Both the position numbers and the translations under genes were made by a program. 64,000 nt of DNA, from the NCBI GenBank assembly GCA_019057675.1, contig JAHLWX010000001.1, positions 8,797 through 72,796 on the forward strand, written 5' to 3'. This DNA is from Candidatus Jordarchaeum sp. LHC_1308 (GTDB lineage Archaea; Asgardarchaeota; Jordiarchaeia; Jordiarchaeales; Freyrarchaeaceae). Shown one piece after another: positions 27,270 to 35,641 of the stretch (positions within the stretch are counted from its first letter, which is position 1; the number at the start of each line of letters is the position of its first letter). The notes below the pieces were generated by a model, which searched no databases, was not told where the DNA came from, and saw only the letters and a list, made by a program, of their open reading frames with translations.

Positions 27270-28445
27270 TTGCCTGCACCACTGGAGGGGGTCACCGTCA
27301 TAGATTTAACAAGACTTCTCCCCGGTCCTTTTTGCTCGATGTTTTTAGGGGATTTGGGTGCAGATGTGATAAAAATCGAGCCGGTAGGATTAGGCGATTG
27401 GACTAGATGGTTTCCACCATCAATTAATGGTGAAAGTGCCATCTTTATGGCTGTCAACAGAAACAAGAGAAGTGTAACTTTAAATTTAAGGAGCGATGAT
27501 GGACTTGAAATATTCTATAGGCTCATCAAGAAAAGCGATGTAGTCCTTGAAGGGTTTAGGCCAGGCGTGGCTAGGAAGCTTAAAATAGACTATGAAACAG
27601 TAAGGAGGATTAACCCACGGATAGTATACTGCTCCATTTCAGGCTTTGGTCAGAGTGGGCCTTACACTGAGAGAAGTGGACACGATGTCAATTACGTAGG
27701 GATAGGAGGTATACTCGGCTTAACAGGGGTGAAAGATAGCACTCCCGTTATTCCCGGGGTACCAATAGCTGACCTAGCAGGTGGTATGGCTGGAGTTATC
27801 GGCGTGCTAGCAGCTCTTTTAGCTAGAGAAAAAACTGGCATAGGTCAGTACGTTGACGTCGCAATGTTGGACGTCGTCGTTTCTTGGCTTTCAATTTACG
27901 CGGGCATTTACTTAATTGGAGGAGTTACCACCAGTAGAGGGAGCAACATCCTAGCGGGAGGTATAGGTAGCTATGGTGTCTTCGAAACAAAGGATGGAAA
28001 ATATATTACACTGGGGATACTGGAGGAGCACTTCTGGAGGAATTTCTGTAAAGCTGTTGGACGACCTAGCCTTGAAAAGTATCATTATCTTTCACTTGAA
28101 AAAGGAGACGAACTACATGAAATCATTCAGGAAATAATTAAAGGTAGGACGCTTGAAGAATGGCTTAAGGTCTTTGAAGAGAAAGATGTACCATGCGGAC
28201 CGGTTAACAGTCTGCAGGAAGTATTTTCCGACCCACAGGTTGTGCATCGAGAAATGGTGACTGAAGTGGAGCATCCAAAAGCGGGAAAAATTAAACAAGT
28301 AGGTTTTCCCTTAAAGTTTTCTGAGAAGTGGCGTGTAATCAGACGCCACCCACCCACTTTGGGAGAGCACACTGTGGAAGTTCTGAGAGAGGTAGGGTAT
28401 AGCGACGAAGAAATAGAGAACTTTAGGAGGAAGGGAGTTATCTGA
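27270..28445 (+). CDS. family III CoA-transferase (CaiB/BaiF/Frc family)
   Basis: 'LEGVTVIDLTRLLPGPFCSMFLGDLGADVIKIE', 'NRNKRSVTLNL' and 'SGFGQSGPY'. TTG start. Confidence 0.85.
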   Translation: MPAPLEGVTVIDLTRLLPGPFCSMFLGDLGADVIKIEPVGLGDWTRWFPPSINGESAIFMAVNRNKRSVTLNLRSDDGLEIFYRLIKKSDVVLEGFRPGVARKLKIDYETVRRINPRIVYCSISGFGQSGPYTERSGHDVNYVGIGGILGLTGVKDSTPVIPGVPIADLAGGMAGVIGVLAALLAREKTGIGQYVDVAMLDVVVSWLSIYAGIYLIGGVTTSRGSNILAGGIGSYGVFETKDGKYITLGILEEHFWRNFCKAVGRPSLEKYHYLSLEKGDELHEIIQEIIKGRTLEEWLKVFEEKDVPCGPVNSLQEVFSDPQVVHREMVTEVEHPKAGKIKQVGFPLKFSEKWRVIRRHPPTLGEHTVEVLREVGYSDEEIENFRRKGVI

Positions 28446-28468
28446 AACTGCTGATTGGGTGATATATC

Positions 28469-29452
28469 GTGAGTGTTAAGTCTAAAGAGGCGCTTATTCC
28501 ATTGGCTGTCGCATCAGTTTTAAAGAAGCAAAAATATCAGCTTGTTGGTAGACACTCTGCAGTTAAACGCTGTCATTGGTTTTATAGAGCGTTAACAGGT
28601 AGAGGATACTGTTACAAGCAGAAGTGGTATAATATTAAGTCGCATAGATGCCTTCAAATGACGCCTTGCGCTATTTTTTGCACTAATCGTTGTCTTTCAT
28701 GTTGGCGCTTAGAGCCGGGGGATTTAGGATTCGAATGGGATCAGATGGCTATACTGAAGGAGGATGTAGATGAGCCAGAGGAAATTGTCGATGAATGCAT
28801 AAAGGCGCAGCGAAGAATACTCACAGGGTTTAACCCTGTGCATCACCCATTAGTTAGTGAAAAGATGTGGAGGGAGGCGCTTGAACCTAAGCATGCTGCG
28901 ATAAGCTTAGCGGGCGAGCCCACTCTTTATTCTAAGCTGGGAGACCTCATAGAGACCTTTCACAAGAGAGGAATGACCACTTTCCTTGTGACAAACGGCG
29001 CTGTCCCCGAAAGGCTTGCGGAGATAGAGGAACCAACCCAGCTTTACCTTACACTGTATGCTCCATCCGAGGGGGTCTATAAGCAAGTCTGCAGACCTCT
29101 TCTAAAAGATGCTTGGAACAGAGTCATTGAAAGCCTAGCCCTGCTGAAAAGTTTTAGCTGTCCGACCGTAGTGAGGCTCACCTTAGTTAAAGGGTTAAAC
29201 TTTATGGAGCCAGAGGGATACGCTAAGCTCATAGAGTTGGCTGAGCCCACTTACGTAGAGTGTAAGAGTTATGTGTCGGTGGGAATGTCCCTTAGAAGGG
29301 GGTTACGTAACGGGAACATGTTGAAAGTTGATGAGCTAAGACCGTTTGCAGAGAAGATAGGAGAAAAATTAGGGTATAACATTATAGGGGAGTCTGTTTC
29401 GAGTAGAGTTATCTTGTTAAGCAGGCTTAGCAAACCGATAAAAGTTGCTTAA
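28469..29452 (+). CDS. taw1: 4-demethylwyosine synthase (Taw1/TYW1, radical SAM)
   Basis: 'KQKYQLVGRHSAVKRCHW', 'CYKQKWYNIKSHRCLQMTP...CTNRCLSCWR' and 'SLAGEPTLY'. GTG start. Confidence 0.85.
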   Translation: MSVKSKEALIPLAVASVLKKQKYQLVGRHSAVKRCHWFYRALTGRGYCYKQKWYNIKSHRCLQMTPCAIFCTNRCLSCWRLEPGDLGFEWDQMAILKEDVDEPEEIVDECIKAQRRILTGFNPVHHPLVSEKMWREALEPKHAAISLAGEPTLYSKLGDLIETFHKRGMTTFLVTNGAVPERLAEIEEPTQLYLTLYAPSEGVYKQVCRPLLKDAWNRVIESLALLKSFSCPTVVRLTLVKGLNFMEPEGYAKLIELAEPTYVECKSYVSVGMSLRRGLRNGNMLKVDELRPFAEKIGEKLGYNIIGESVSSRVILLSRLSKPIKVA

Positions 29453-29542
29453 ACGCAAGTTTCCGAGTGGTGAAAGACATAACCTTTAAACGCCCTAAGC
29501 ATTTCGGTATGCTGAAGAAGAGACGTTGCCAGGTGGCTCTTT

Positions 29543-30184
29543 ATGCCTATTAGAGACATTGTCCTTAAGATAATAGAGGATCTTGAGGAGAGAGATAAAG
29601 TTAGAGAGAGGGTTTTATCTCTTTCAAGAGAAGTTGTAAGGTATGCAGGCTTCGCGATAAGAGCGATACATAGAGGCGAGCTGAAGGATGCTGAGGAAAA
29701 GTTGAGAATGGCGGAGGAACGCTTAAGTGATGCTGTGGCGACTACGACAAAGTATGATGAGTTCGTCTACAAGGGTTTCATGACTACGGCATTCCAAGAA
29801 TATATCGAAGCTCGCCTACTTCACGCTTTCATCACAGGTAGAGAAATTCCATCCCCTCAAGAGTTGAACGTGCCCAACATTCCATACCTGATGGCTCTGG
29901 GTGATTTCATCGGCGAGCTGCGACGCAACGTGATAATTTGTATGAAAGATGGAAGGTTTGAAAATGCCGAGAGAGCCCTAGAATTGATGGAAGAGGTATA
30001 CTTAAGCATGATGCTCGTCGACTATCCAGAGGTTTCCTCTCTGGGATTTAAGCAAAAATGTGACGTCGCCCGTAGCCTCCTAGAAAGGACGAGGGCTGAG
30101 TTACTCCTCATATCACAGGAGGCTAAGTTAGCAGAGAACATAGAGAAACTATTGAAGAGGTGGAAAGGGGAAAATGAAGTTTAA
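29543..30184 (+). CDS. translin-family protein (COG2178-like)
   Basis: 'RERVLSLSREVVRYAGFAIRAIHRGE', 'QEYIEARLL' and 'YLMALGDFIGELRR'. Confidence 0.65.
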   Translation: MPIRDIVLKIIEDLEERDKVRERVLSLSREVVRYAGFAIRAIHRGELKDAEEKLRMAEERLSDAVATTTKYDEFVYKGFMTTAFQEYIEARLLHAFITGREIPSPQELNVPNIPYLMALGDFIGELRRNVIICMKDGRFENAERALELMEEVYLSMMLVDYPEVSSLGFKQKCDVARSLLERTRAELLLISQEAKLAENIEKLLKRWKGENEV

Positions 30185-31739
30185 CATTAAAAAACTGCTA
30201 GAAAAAGCCGAGGAAGATTATGAGGCAGCTTGGATTGAGTCACGTGAACTACTCAAAATAGATGGAAGATACTTCAGACCAAAGCCTCTCGGAAAGAGCA
30301 ATGAAATAATGGATTTCATAGAAGAAGTAAGAAAAACACTGGTGGAGATGGGTTTCGAGGAAGTAGTCCTGCCAGTGATCGTTGATGAGGGCGAAGTACG
30401 CAAGGAGTATGGTCCAGAGGCTACAGTCATCTTGGACAGAGTCTTTTACTTGGCAGGTTTACCTAGACCAGATGTGGGGCTAAGTAAAGAGGACATCGAA
30501 CACGTTAAGAAGCTGGTTCCCTCGTTTAACGAGTTTGAAAAACTGCGGGAGGTTCTCCGAAGATATAAAAAGGGGAAGATAGAGGCGGATGATCTAGTCG
30601 AGACAATGGTTAAGGAATTAGGGTTACGCGAAGATGATGCTACGAGAATAATAGATGCTGTTTTCCATGAGTTCAAGAAGCTTACCCCAATCTCGTCACC
30701 TCTCACCCTTAGATCACACATGACGGCGCTCTGGTTTCCAGTTCTTAGCGCGATCTACAAGTATAAGTGGAGAGAGTTGCCGGTTCAGCTTTTCACCATA
30801 GGACAGAAGTTTAGAAGAGAGCAGAAAATTGATCCAACACACCTTTACAGTTCGTACACAGCCTCTTTCGTGATAATGACTGAAGAAATAAGTTTAGAGG
30901 ACGGCAAAAATATTGTCCAAGAGTTCCTTAAAAAGTTGGGATTCCCGGATGCGAGTTTTAAACTTAAGACGGCGACTTCAAAGTATTATGCTCCTCAAAC
31001 CGAGTTCGAAGTCTTCATTCAGCATCCAGAAACTAAGGAATGGATAGAAGTTGGAGACTGTGGTTTTTACTCTCCTATCAGCCTTGCAAAGTACGACGTA
31101 GACGTACCCGTATTTAACGCAGGCTTCGGCGTTGAAAGGTTTGTCATGATAAGGACGGGTGAAACCGACGTACGACGGTTGACGTACCCCTACTTCTATA
31201 GGCGAGACATTTACTCCGATGAAGAAATAGCTGAGGGGATATGCTACGCGGAGAAGCCGGAAACAGAGCTTGGAGAAGAAATAATGAATGCGATAATCAA
31301 AGTGGCCGAGGCGCATAAAGATGCTGATGCGCCTTGCAAGTTTACCGCTTGGAAAGGTAAAGCTAGCGGAGGGGAGCTAACTGTGACCGTTTTCGAGGAA
31401 GAAGAGGGAGTTAAGCTACTTGGCCCAGCGGCACTAAACGTGATATGCGTCCACGAAGGAAACATTCTAGGTCTTCCACCATCCGAAGTTAAAGGAAAAA
31501 TAACCGGGTTAAGGTACTTGGACGGCGTAGCAGCACTTTTCGCCAGAAAAGTCGAGAAAGAAATTTTAGAGGAGGGGAAGCGCGAGGTTAACGTGAAGGT
31601 GAGGATGGCGAAAAAGCCCTCGGACGTTAACTTATACCTGAGTGAACAAGTTAGACATTACATTTCTTCAAAAAAGAAGAGAATAGATGTCAGAGGACCT
31701 GTATTTATAAGTCTAGCGGCTTCGTTAGAAGAGACGTAA
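30174..31739 (+). CDS. sepS: O-phosphoserine--tRNA(Cys) ligase (SepRS)
   Basis: Long collinear match to SepRS as I remember it: 'YEAAWIES', 'GFEEVVLPVIVDE', 'YGPEATVILDRVFYLAGLPRPDVGLSKE', 'LTLRSHMT', 'FRREQK', 'FNAGFGVERF', 'LLGPAALN' and 'IDVRGPVF'. Confidence 0.9.
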   Translation: MKFNIKKLLEKAEEDYEAAWIESRELLKIDGRYFRPKPLGKSNEIMDFIEEVRKTLVEMGFEEVVLPVIVDEGEVRKEYGPEATVILDRVFYLAGLPRPDVGLSKEDIEHVKKLVPSFNEFEKLREVLRRYKKGKIEADDLVETMVKELGLREDDATRIIDAVFHEFKKLTPISSPLTLRSHMTALWFPVLSAIYKYKWRELPVQLFTIGQKFRREQKIDPTHLYSSYTASFVIMTEEISLEDGKNIVQEFLKKLGFPDASFKLKTATSKYYAPQTEFEVFIQHPETKEWIEVGDCGFYSPISLAKYDVDVPVFNAGFGVERFVMIRTGETDVRRLTYPYFYRRDIYSDEEIAEGICYAEKPETELGEEIMNAIIKVAEAHKDADAPCKFTAWKGKASGGELTVTVFEEEEGVKLLGPAALNVICVHEGNILGLPPSEVKGKITGLRYLDGVAALFARKVEKEILEEGKREVNVKVRMAKKPSDVNLYLSEQVRHYISSKKKRIDVRGPVFISLAASLEET

Positions 31740-31741
31740 GG

Positions 31742-32419
31742 GTGGCTACATTGAACGAGGAATGGTTTACGCTGTATGAGATAGCATTAATGGGCGCATG
31801 CGAAGGAGGGGTTGATGTCTCATCAACGCGTCTTGCAGAGCGACTTGGGATTAGCCAGCAGACAGCCGCAAGAAGGCTCCAAGATTTAGAGAGGGAGGGG
31901 CTCATAGTCAGAGAGATAACGTCCAAGGGACAAATCGTTAGAATAACCAAGGAGGGCGTAAAGAAACTTTGGGAAGTTTATGTTGGGCTTAAAAAAGTTT
32001 TCGAGGAAAAACCTCAAACAGTCAAGATAAAAGGAGAGGTTTTCAGTGGAATGGGAGAGGGAAGGTATTACGTGTCCGTTGAAGGGTATAGGAGGCGTTT
32101 TGAGGAGAAGTTAGGATTCACGCCTTACCCGGGAACATTAAACTTAAAGTTGAAGTCGTACCATGATGTGCAGATGAGGAAGCTTCTGGAAGCTTACCCG
32201 GGGATCATTATAGAGGAGTTCGAGGAGGGAGGGCGTACTTTCGGTAGGGTGAAGTGTTTCAAGGCTCTAATTGAAGGTAAGATCGAGGGAAGCCTTTTGC
32301 TCATTAACAGGACGCATTACGGGGAGGACGTGGTGGAAGTCATTTCTCCCGTATTCCTTAGGGAAGCACTTAACTTGAAGGATGGAGGGAGTGTGACCGT
32401 CTACGTGATACTCGAATAA
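31742..32419 (+). CDS. ribK: CTP-dependent riboflavin kinase with N-terminal wHTH
   Basis: wHTH 'LAERLGISQQTAARRLQDLEREGLI'. Kinase core 'GEVFSGMGEGRYY...LGFTPYPGTLNLKL'. GTG start. Confidence 0.85.
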   Translation: MATLNEEWFTLYEIALMGACEGGVDVSSTRLAERLGISQQTAARRLQDLEREGLIVREITSKGQIVRITKEGVKKLWEVYVGLKKVFEEKPQTVKIKGEVFSGMGEGRYYVSVEGYRRRFEEKLGFTPYPGTLNLKLKSYHDVQMRKLLEAYPGIIIEEFEEGGRTFGRVKCFKALIEGKIEGSLLLINRTHYGEDVVEVISPVFLREALNLKDGGSVTVYVILE

Positions 32420-32422
32420 AAA

Positions 32423-32902
32423 ATGATGGAGGCGGAAGCTGTGAAGAAAGTAATGGTCTTCGGGACGTTTGACGTACTACACGCCGGTCACTTAAAGTTC
32501 CTTGAAGAAGCGAAAAAGCTTGGAGGTGATGACGCGAAGCTTACTGTAGTGATAGCGAGAGACTCAACGGTACATAAAGTGCGAGGGCGCCCTCCGATAT
32601 TCAGCGAGGAGGATAGAAGGAGACTGGTAGAGGGGTTGAAGCCAGTTGACGAGGCCATTTTGGGACACGAAGGTGGTGACATGCTTAAAATAGTTGAGGA
32701 GAAGAGGCCTGACATCATAGTGCTTGGCTATGACCAGAGAAGGGATATGGATCAATTTGTTAGGGAGCTGAGGAGCAGGGGGATCAACGCCGAGGTTTAC
32801 CGACTTCCGAAGTATGGAGAGCTGAACAGCTCGAGCATAATCATTAGAAGAATAGTTGAGATGGCTAAGAGGTGGGGATTGGCAGGAGGGTTAGGGGGCT
32901 GA
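32423..32902 (+). CDS. ribL: archaeal FAD synthetase (FMN adenylyltransferase, RibL type)
   Basis: Cytidylyltransferase-fold motif 'VFGTFDVLHAGHLKFLEEAKKLG'. Adjacent to ribK. Confidence 0.8.
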   Translation: MMEAEAVKKVMVFGTFDVLHAGHLKFLEEAKKLGGDDAKLTVVIARDSTVHKVRGRPPIFSEEDRRRLVEGLKPVDEAILGHEGGDMLKIVEEKRPDIIVLGYDQRRDMDQFVRELRSRGINAEVYRLPKYGELNSSSIIIRRIVEMAKRWGLAGGLGG

Positions 32903-33682
32903 GAGCGGGGCAGCCGCCAAGAGGCGAAGCGCCTCCGCCTCCTTAAAGTGAAGCTTACCAGTAACAATTAAAACATGAGGGGGAGAACCAAAGTCGTAGC
33001 TTATAAGGTTATGAGGATAATCCGCTTTAACAGTAGGATTCTTGGATCCCGCTCTTGCCACGCCGACCATTATGGTCTTCTCTAAGAGAGGCTCTTGAGG
33101 AGATAACTTACGCTCTAATTTTAGCAGGATCGCCACTCCTTCATTAACGGTCATGAAGCGTTTTTCCTCAGCCCTGACGTCAAGGAAAACCAATGTGTGC
33201 AGCCCACGATCCACGTTTTCTCTAACAACAAAATACGGAGTGTCAGGGAAGTAATTCTCCTCTGGGAATGGTATTGTTACAGATCTACCAAACTTATAGT
33301 TTTCAAGCCCGCAGATGCTTGGGGCCGCTGAGTAAATGGATACACCATGAATCACGCGCGTTTTTACTCCTAGTTTTTCGGCCTCCAGTCTAAGCGCAAT
33401 GTGCGTCGTAGCCACCATGGGGTCTCCGGGAACAAGAATTGCTACGCGTTTATCTCTTGCGCGATAAAGAAGTTCTCTCACGTTTTCTTCAACATCTTTT
33501 CTGGTGAGAAAACGGACATTCTTACCGATCAAGTTATCTAAGCTATCCTTCGTTAAGTCGCCTATAAGACTAGTGTAGGCTTCAAAGTATACCTCGTCTG
33601 CGGAACGGGCGGCATCCAGTCCTTTAAGAGTTATGTCATCTGCACCCCACAATCCTAAGCCAATGAAGATGAGCTCTCCCAA
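32891..33682 (-). CDS. dphB: diphthine synthase
   Basis: 'LIFIGLGLWGADDITLKGLDAARSADEVYFEAYTS', 'VAILVPGDPMVATTH' and tetrapyrrole-methylase fold. Confidence 0.9.
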   Translation of the reverse strand: MGELIFIGLGLWGADDITLKGLDAARSADEVYFEAYTSLIGDLTKDSLDNLIGKNVRFLTRKDVEENVRELLYRARDKRVAILVPGDPMVATTHIALRLEAEKLGVKTRVIHGVSIYSAAPSICGLENYKFGRSVTIPFPEENYFPDTPYFVVRENVDRGLHTLVFLDVRAEEKRFMTVNEGVAILLKLERKLSPQEPLLEKTIMVGVARAGSKNPTVKADYPHNLISYDFGSPPHVLIVTGKLHFKEAEALRLLAAAPLSAP

Positions 33683-33697
33683 AGGGAAACCTCCAAC

Positions 33698-34768
33698 TTA
33701 CAGTTTGAGTTTTATTTCGTTTGGCTTTAAGACTCCCCTCTCGGTAACTACGAATGTGACATATTTTGCAGGAGTCACGTCGAATGCCAAGTTTCTTGCT
33801 CTAACGTCAGGATGTATTTTGACTTGAATAAATTTTCCTGAGTCAGGATCATATCCTTTCATTTGTGTGATTTCCTCTGGCGGACGTTCCTCGAACCTTA
33901 AAGATGAGCCTGAAAGGTCGAAGGTTGTAGTGGGCGCCGCAACTATGAATGGAACGCTATTCTCATGCGCTGCAACTGCAATCATGTAAGTTCCTATTTT
34001 GTTTATTACATCTCCGTTTGGAAGCACCCTGTCCGCGCCCACTAGGACGGAGTCGATTTCCCCTTTCTGGAGATAATAGCCTGCAGCTGCGTCAACTATA
34101 AGGCAGTGGGGAATTCCCTCTTGAATTAGCTCCCAGACGGTAAGTCTGCCCTGTAGCCAAGGGCGAGTTTCAGTAGCGTAAACAAAAATGTTCTTTCCCT
34201 GATAATGTGCAAACCGAACTATGCTTAGCGCGGTTCCGTAATCTACTGTTCCAAGCGCGCCCGGGTTACAATGAACCAAGATCCTAGCGCCTTTTGATAT
34301 TAAGCTACTTCCTAGTTCTCCTATTTTTCTGCAGGCTTCAATGTTCTCTTGAGCAATTTTTTTCGCTTCACGGAGAATTACTTGAGCTATGGCGTCGGAA
34401 GAGTTTAAGTCTACACATGTTTCCAAGACGCGTGTGATCATGTTCTGCATATCTACAGCTGTAGGCCTCGTGGAAAGGAGGCGGGCAGCAACCTTGCTAA
34501 GAAAAGTTTTAAGTTCGTTTGAGGGGAGGTGGCGGTTTTGAAGGGCTGCCTGAGCTAGACCGTAACACGCTGCCACTCCTATAGCTGGCGCTCCTCTAAC
34601 TTTCATCGTCCTTATAGCCTCAGCAACCTCCTCTACGCTCTTTGCTTTGTATATTGAGAATTCAAACGGGAGCTTTGTTTGATCGATCATGCAAACGGCG
34701 TCTTCCTCCATCCAGACCGTTTGGTACTCTCTCACCTCACCGCCCACTCTAACCTTCATGGCCACCAT
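33698..34768 (-). CDS. mtnA: methylthioribose-1-phosphate isomerase (eIF-2B alpha/beta/delta family)
   Basis: 'MIDQTKLP', 'MKVRGAPAIGVAACYG', 'TRPTAV', 'ATETRPWLQG' and 'VGADRV..NGDVINKIGTY'. Start placed at the internal Met; the ORF extends to 34858. Confidence 0.8.
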   Translation of the reverse strand: MVAMKVRVGGEVREYQTVWMEEDAVCMIDQTKLPFEFSIYKAKSVEEVAEAIRTMKVRGAPAIGVAACYGLAQAALQNRHLPSNELKTFLSKVAARLLSTRPTAVDMQNMITRVLETCVDLNSSDAIAQVILREAKKIAQENIEACRKIGELGSSLISKGARILVHCNPGALGTVDYGTALSIVRFAHYQGKNIFVYATETRPWLQGRLTVWELIQEGIPHCLIVDAAAGYYLQKGEIDSVLVGADRVLPNGDVINKIGTYMIAVAAHENSVPFIVAAPTTTFDLSGSSLRFEERPPEEITQMKGYDPDSGKFIQVKIHPDVRARNLAFDVTPAKYVTFVVTERGVLKPNEIKLKL

Positions 34769-34889
34769 CTCGCAGAGGGAAACCTCTAGCAGATACTCAA
34801 AGATTCCCACTCTAATTTTTAACTCTATGATCCGCACGCTAAAAAGTCTGGCTCTCATGAAGAATCAAAAGCCATAAAGATGGGATTGG

Positions 34890-35456
34890 TCACTTTTTAT
34901 ATGCGGAGATCAAGTCGATCTTTGTTATTATTCCTAGTACTTCTCCTTTATCTACTACTAGGACGGCGGGATTCCCGGATACTATTAGGTGACGGACTAC
35001 GTCTACGCTGGTAGATGGGTTCACTGTGGGGAAGCTTTCCTCCATAAGTTCTCCGACTGTTTTATCAAAAACGTCCTTTCCCTCCGATAGGTATCTCATT
35101 ATGGTGCCCTCACTCAGACTGCCAACCAAGCGTCCCTCGTCTACGACTGGCAGTTGCGATATGCCTTTTTCCTCCATGAGACTAATGGCGTTCCTAACTA
35201 ACTCCCTAATGGAAATGGATATAACAGGGGAGAACATTATGTCCTTAGCGCATATTTTACCCTTGTTAAACTCGCTTAGTGCATTAACTATCTTTCTAAG
35301 CGTTGAGAGACGCGGATCAACGGAGCCGGACTCGATCCTAGCTATTAACGACTGACTTACACCAGCCATCTTTGCAAGTTCCTCCTGCGTAATGCCTAAA
35401 CGTTTCCTTGCTTGTTTAAGATCTTCTGGTGAGGGAATGTAGAACATCGACATCAC
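34890..35456 (-). CDS. XRE-type HTH + CBS-pair transcriptional regulator
   Basis: 'LGITQEELAKMAGVSQSLIARIESG' followed by two CBS-like repeats ('ISQLPVVDEGRLVGSLSE', 'NPAVLVVDKGEVLGIITKIDL'). Confidence 0.8.
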   Translation of the reverse strand: MMSMFYIPSPEDLKQARKRLGITQEELAKMAGVSQSLIARIESGSVDPRLSTLRKIVNALSEFNKGKICAKDIMFSPVISISIRELVRNAISLMEEKGISQLPVVDEGRLVGSLSEGTIMRYLSEGKDVFDKTVGELMEESFPTVNPSTSVDVVRHLIVSGNPAVLVVDKGEVLGIITKIDLISAYKK

Positions 35457-35641
35457 CTTACAAAGAGGAGAAAAGGCTCTTCCCTTAAAGCAGGGCGTCG
35501 CTACTTATAGCTACTTATAATTAGGAGACTTTTACTTTTATTTTTTCCACGGTCTGTTTGTTTTTTAAACTAGAAGGAGATTTATAGGGGCAAGTGAGTC
35601 GTTAAACGTGGATAACGTAAAGGGTTCAGAAGGGTTACGGT

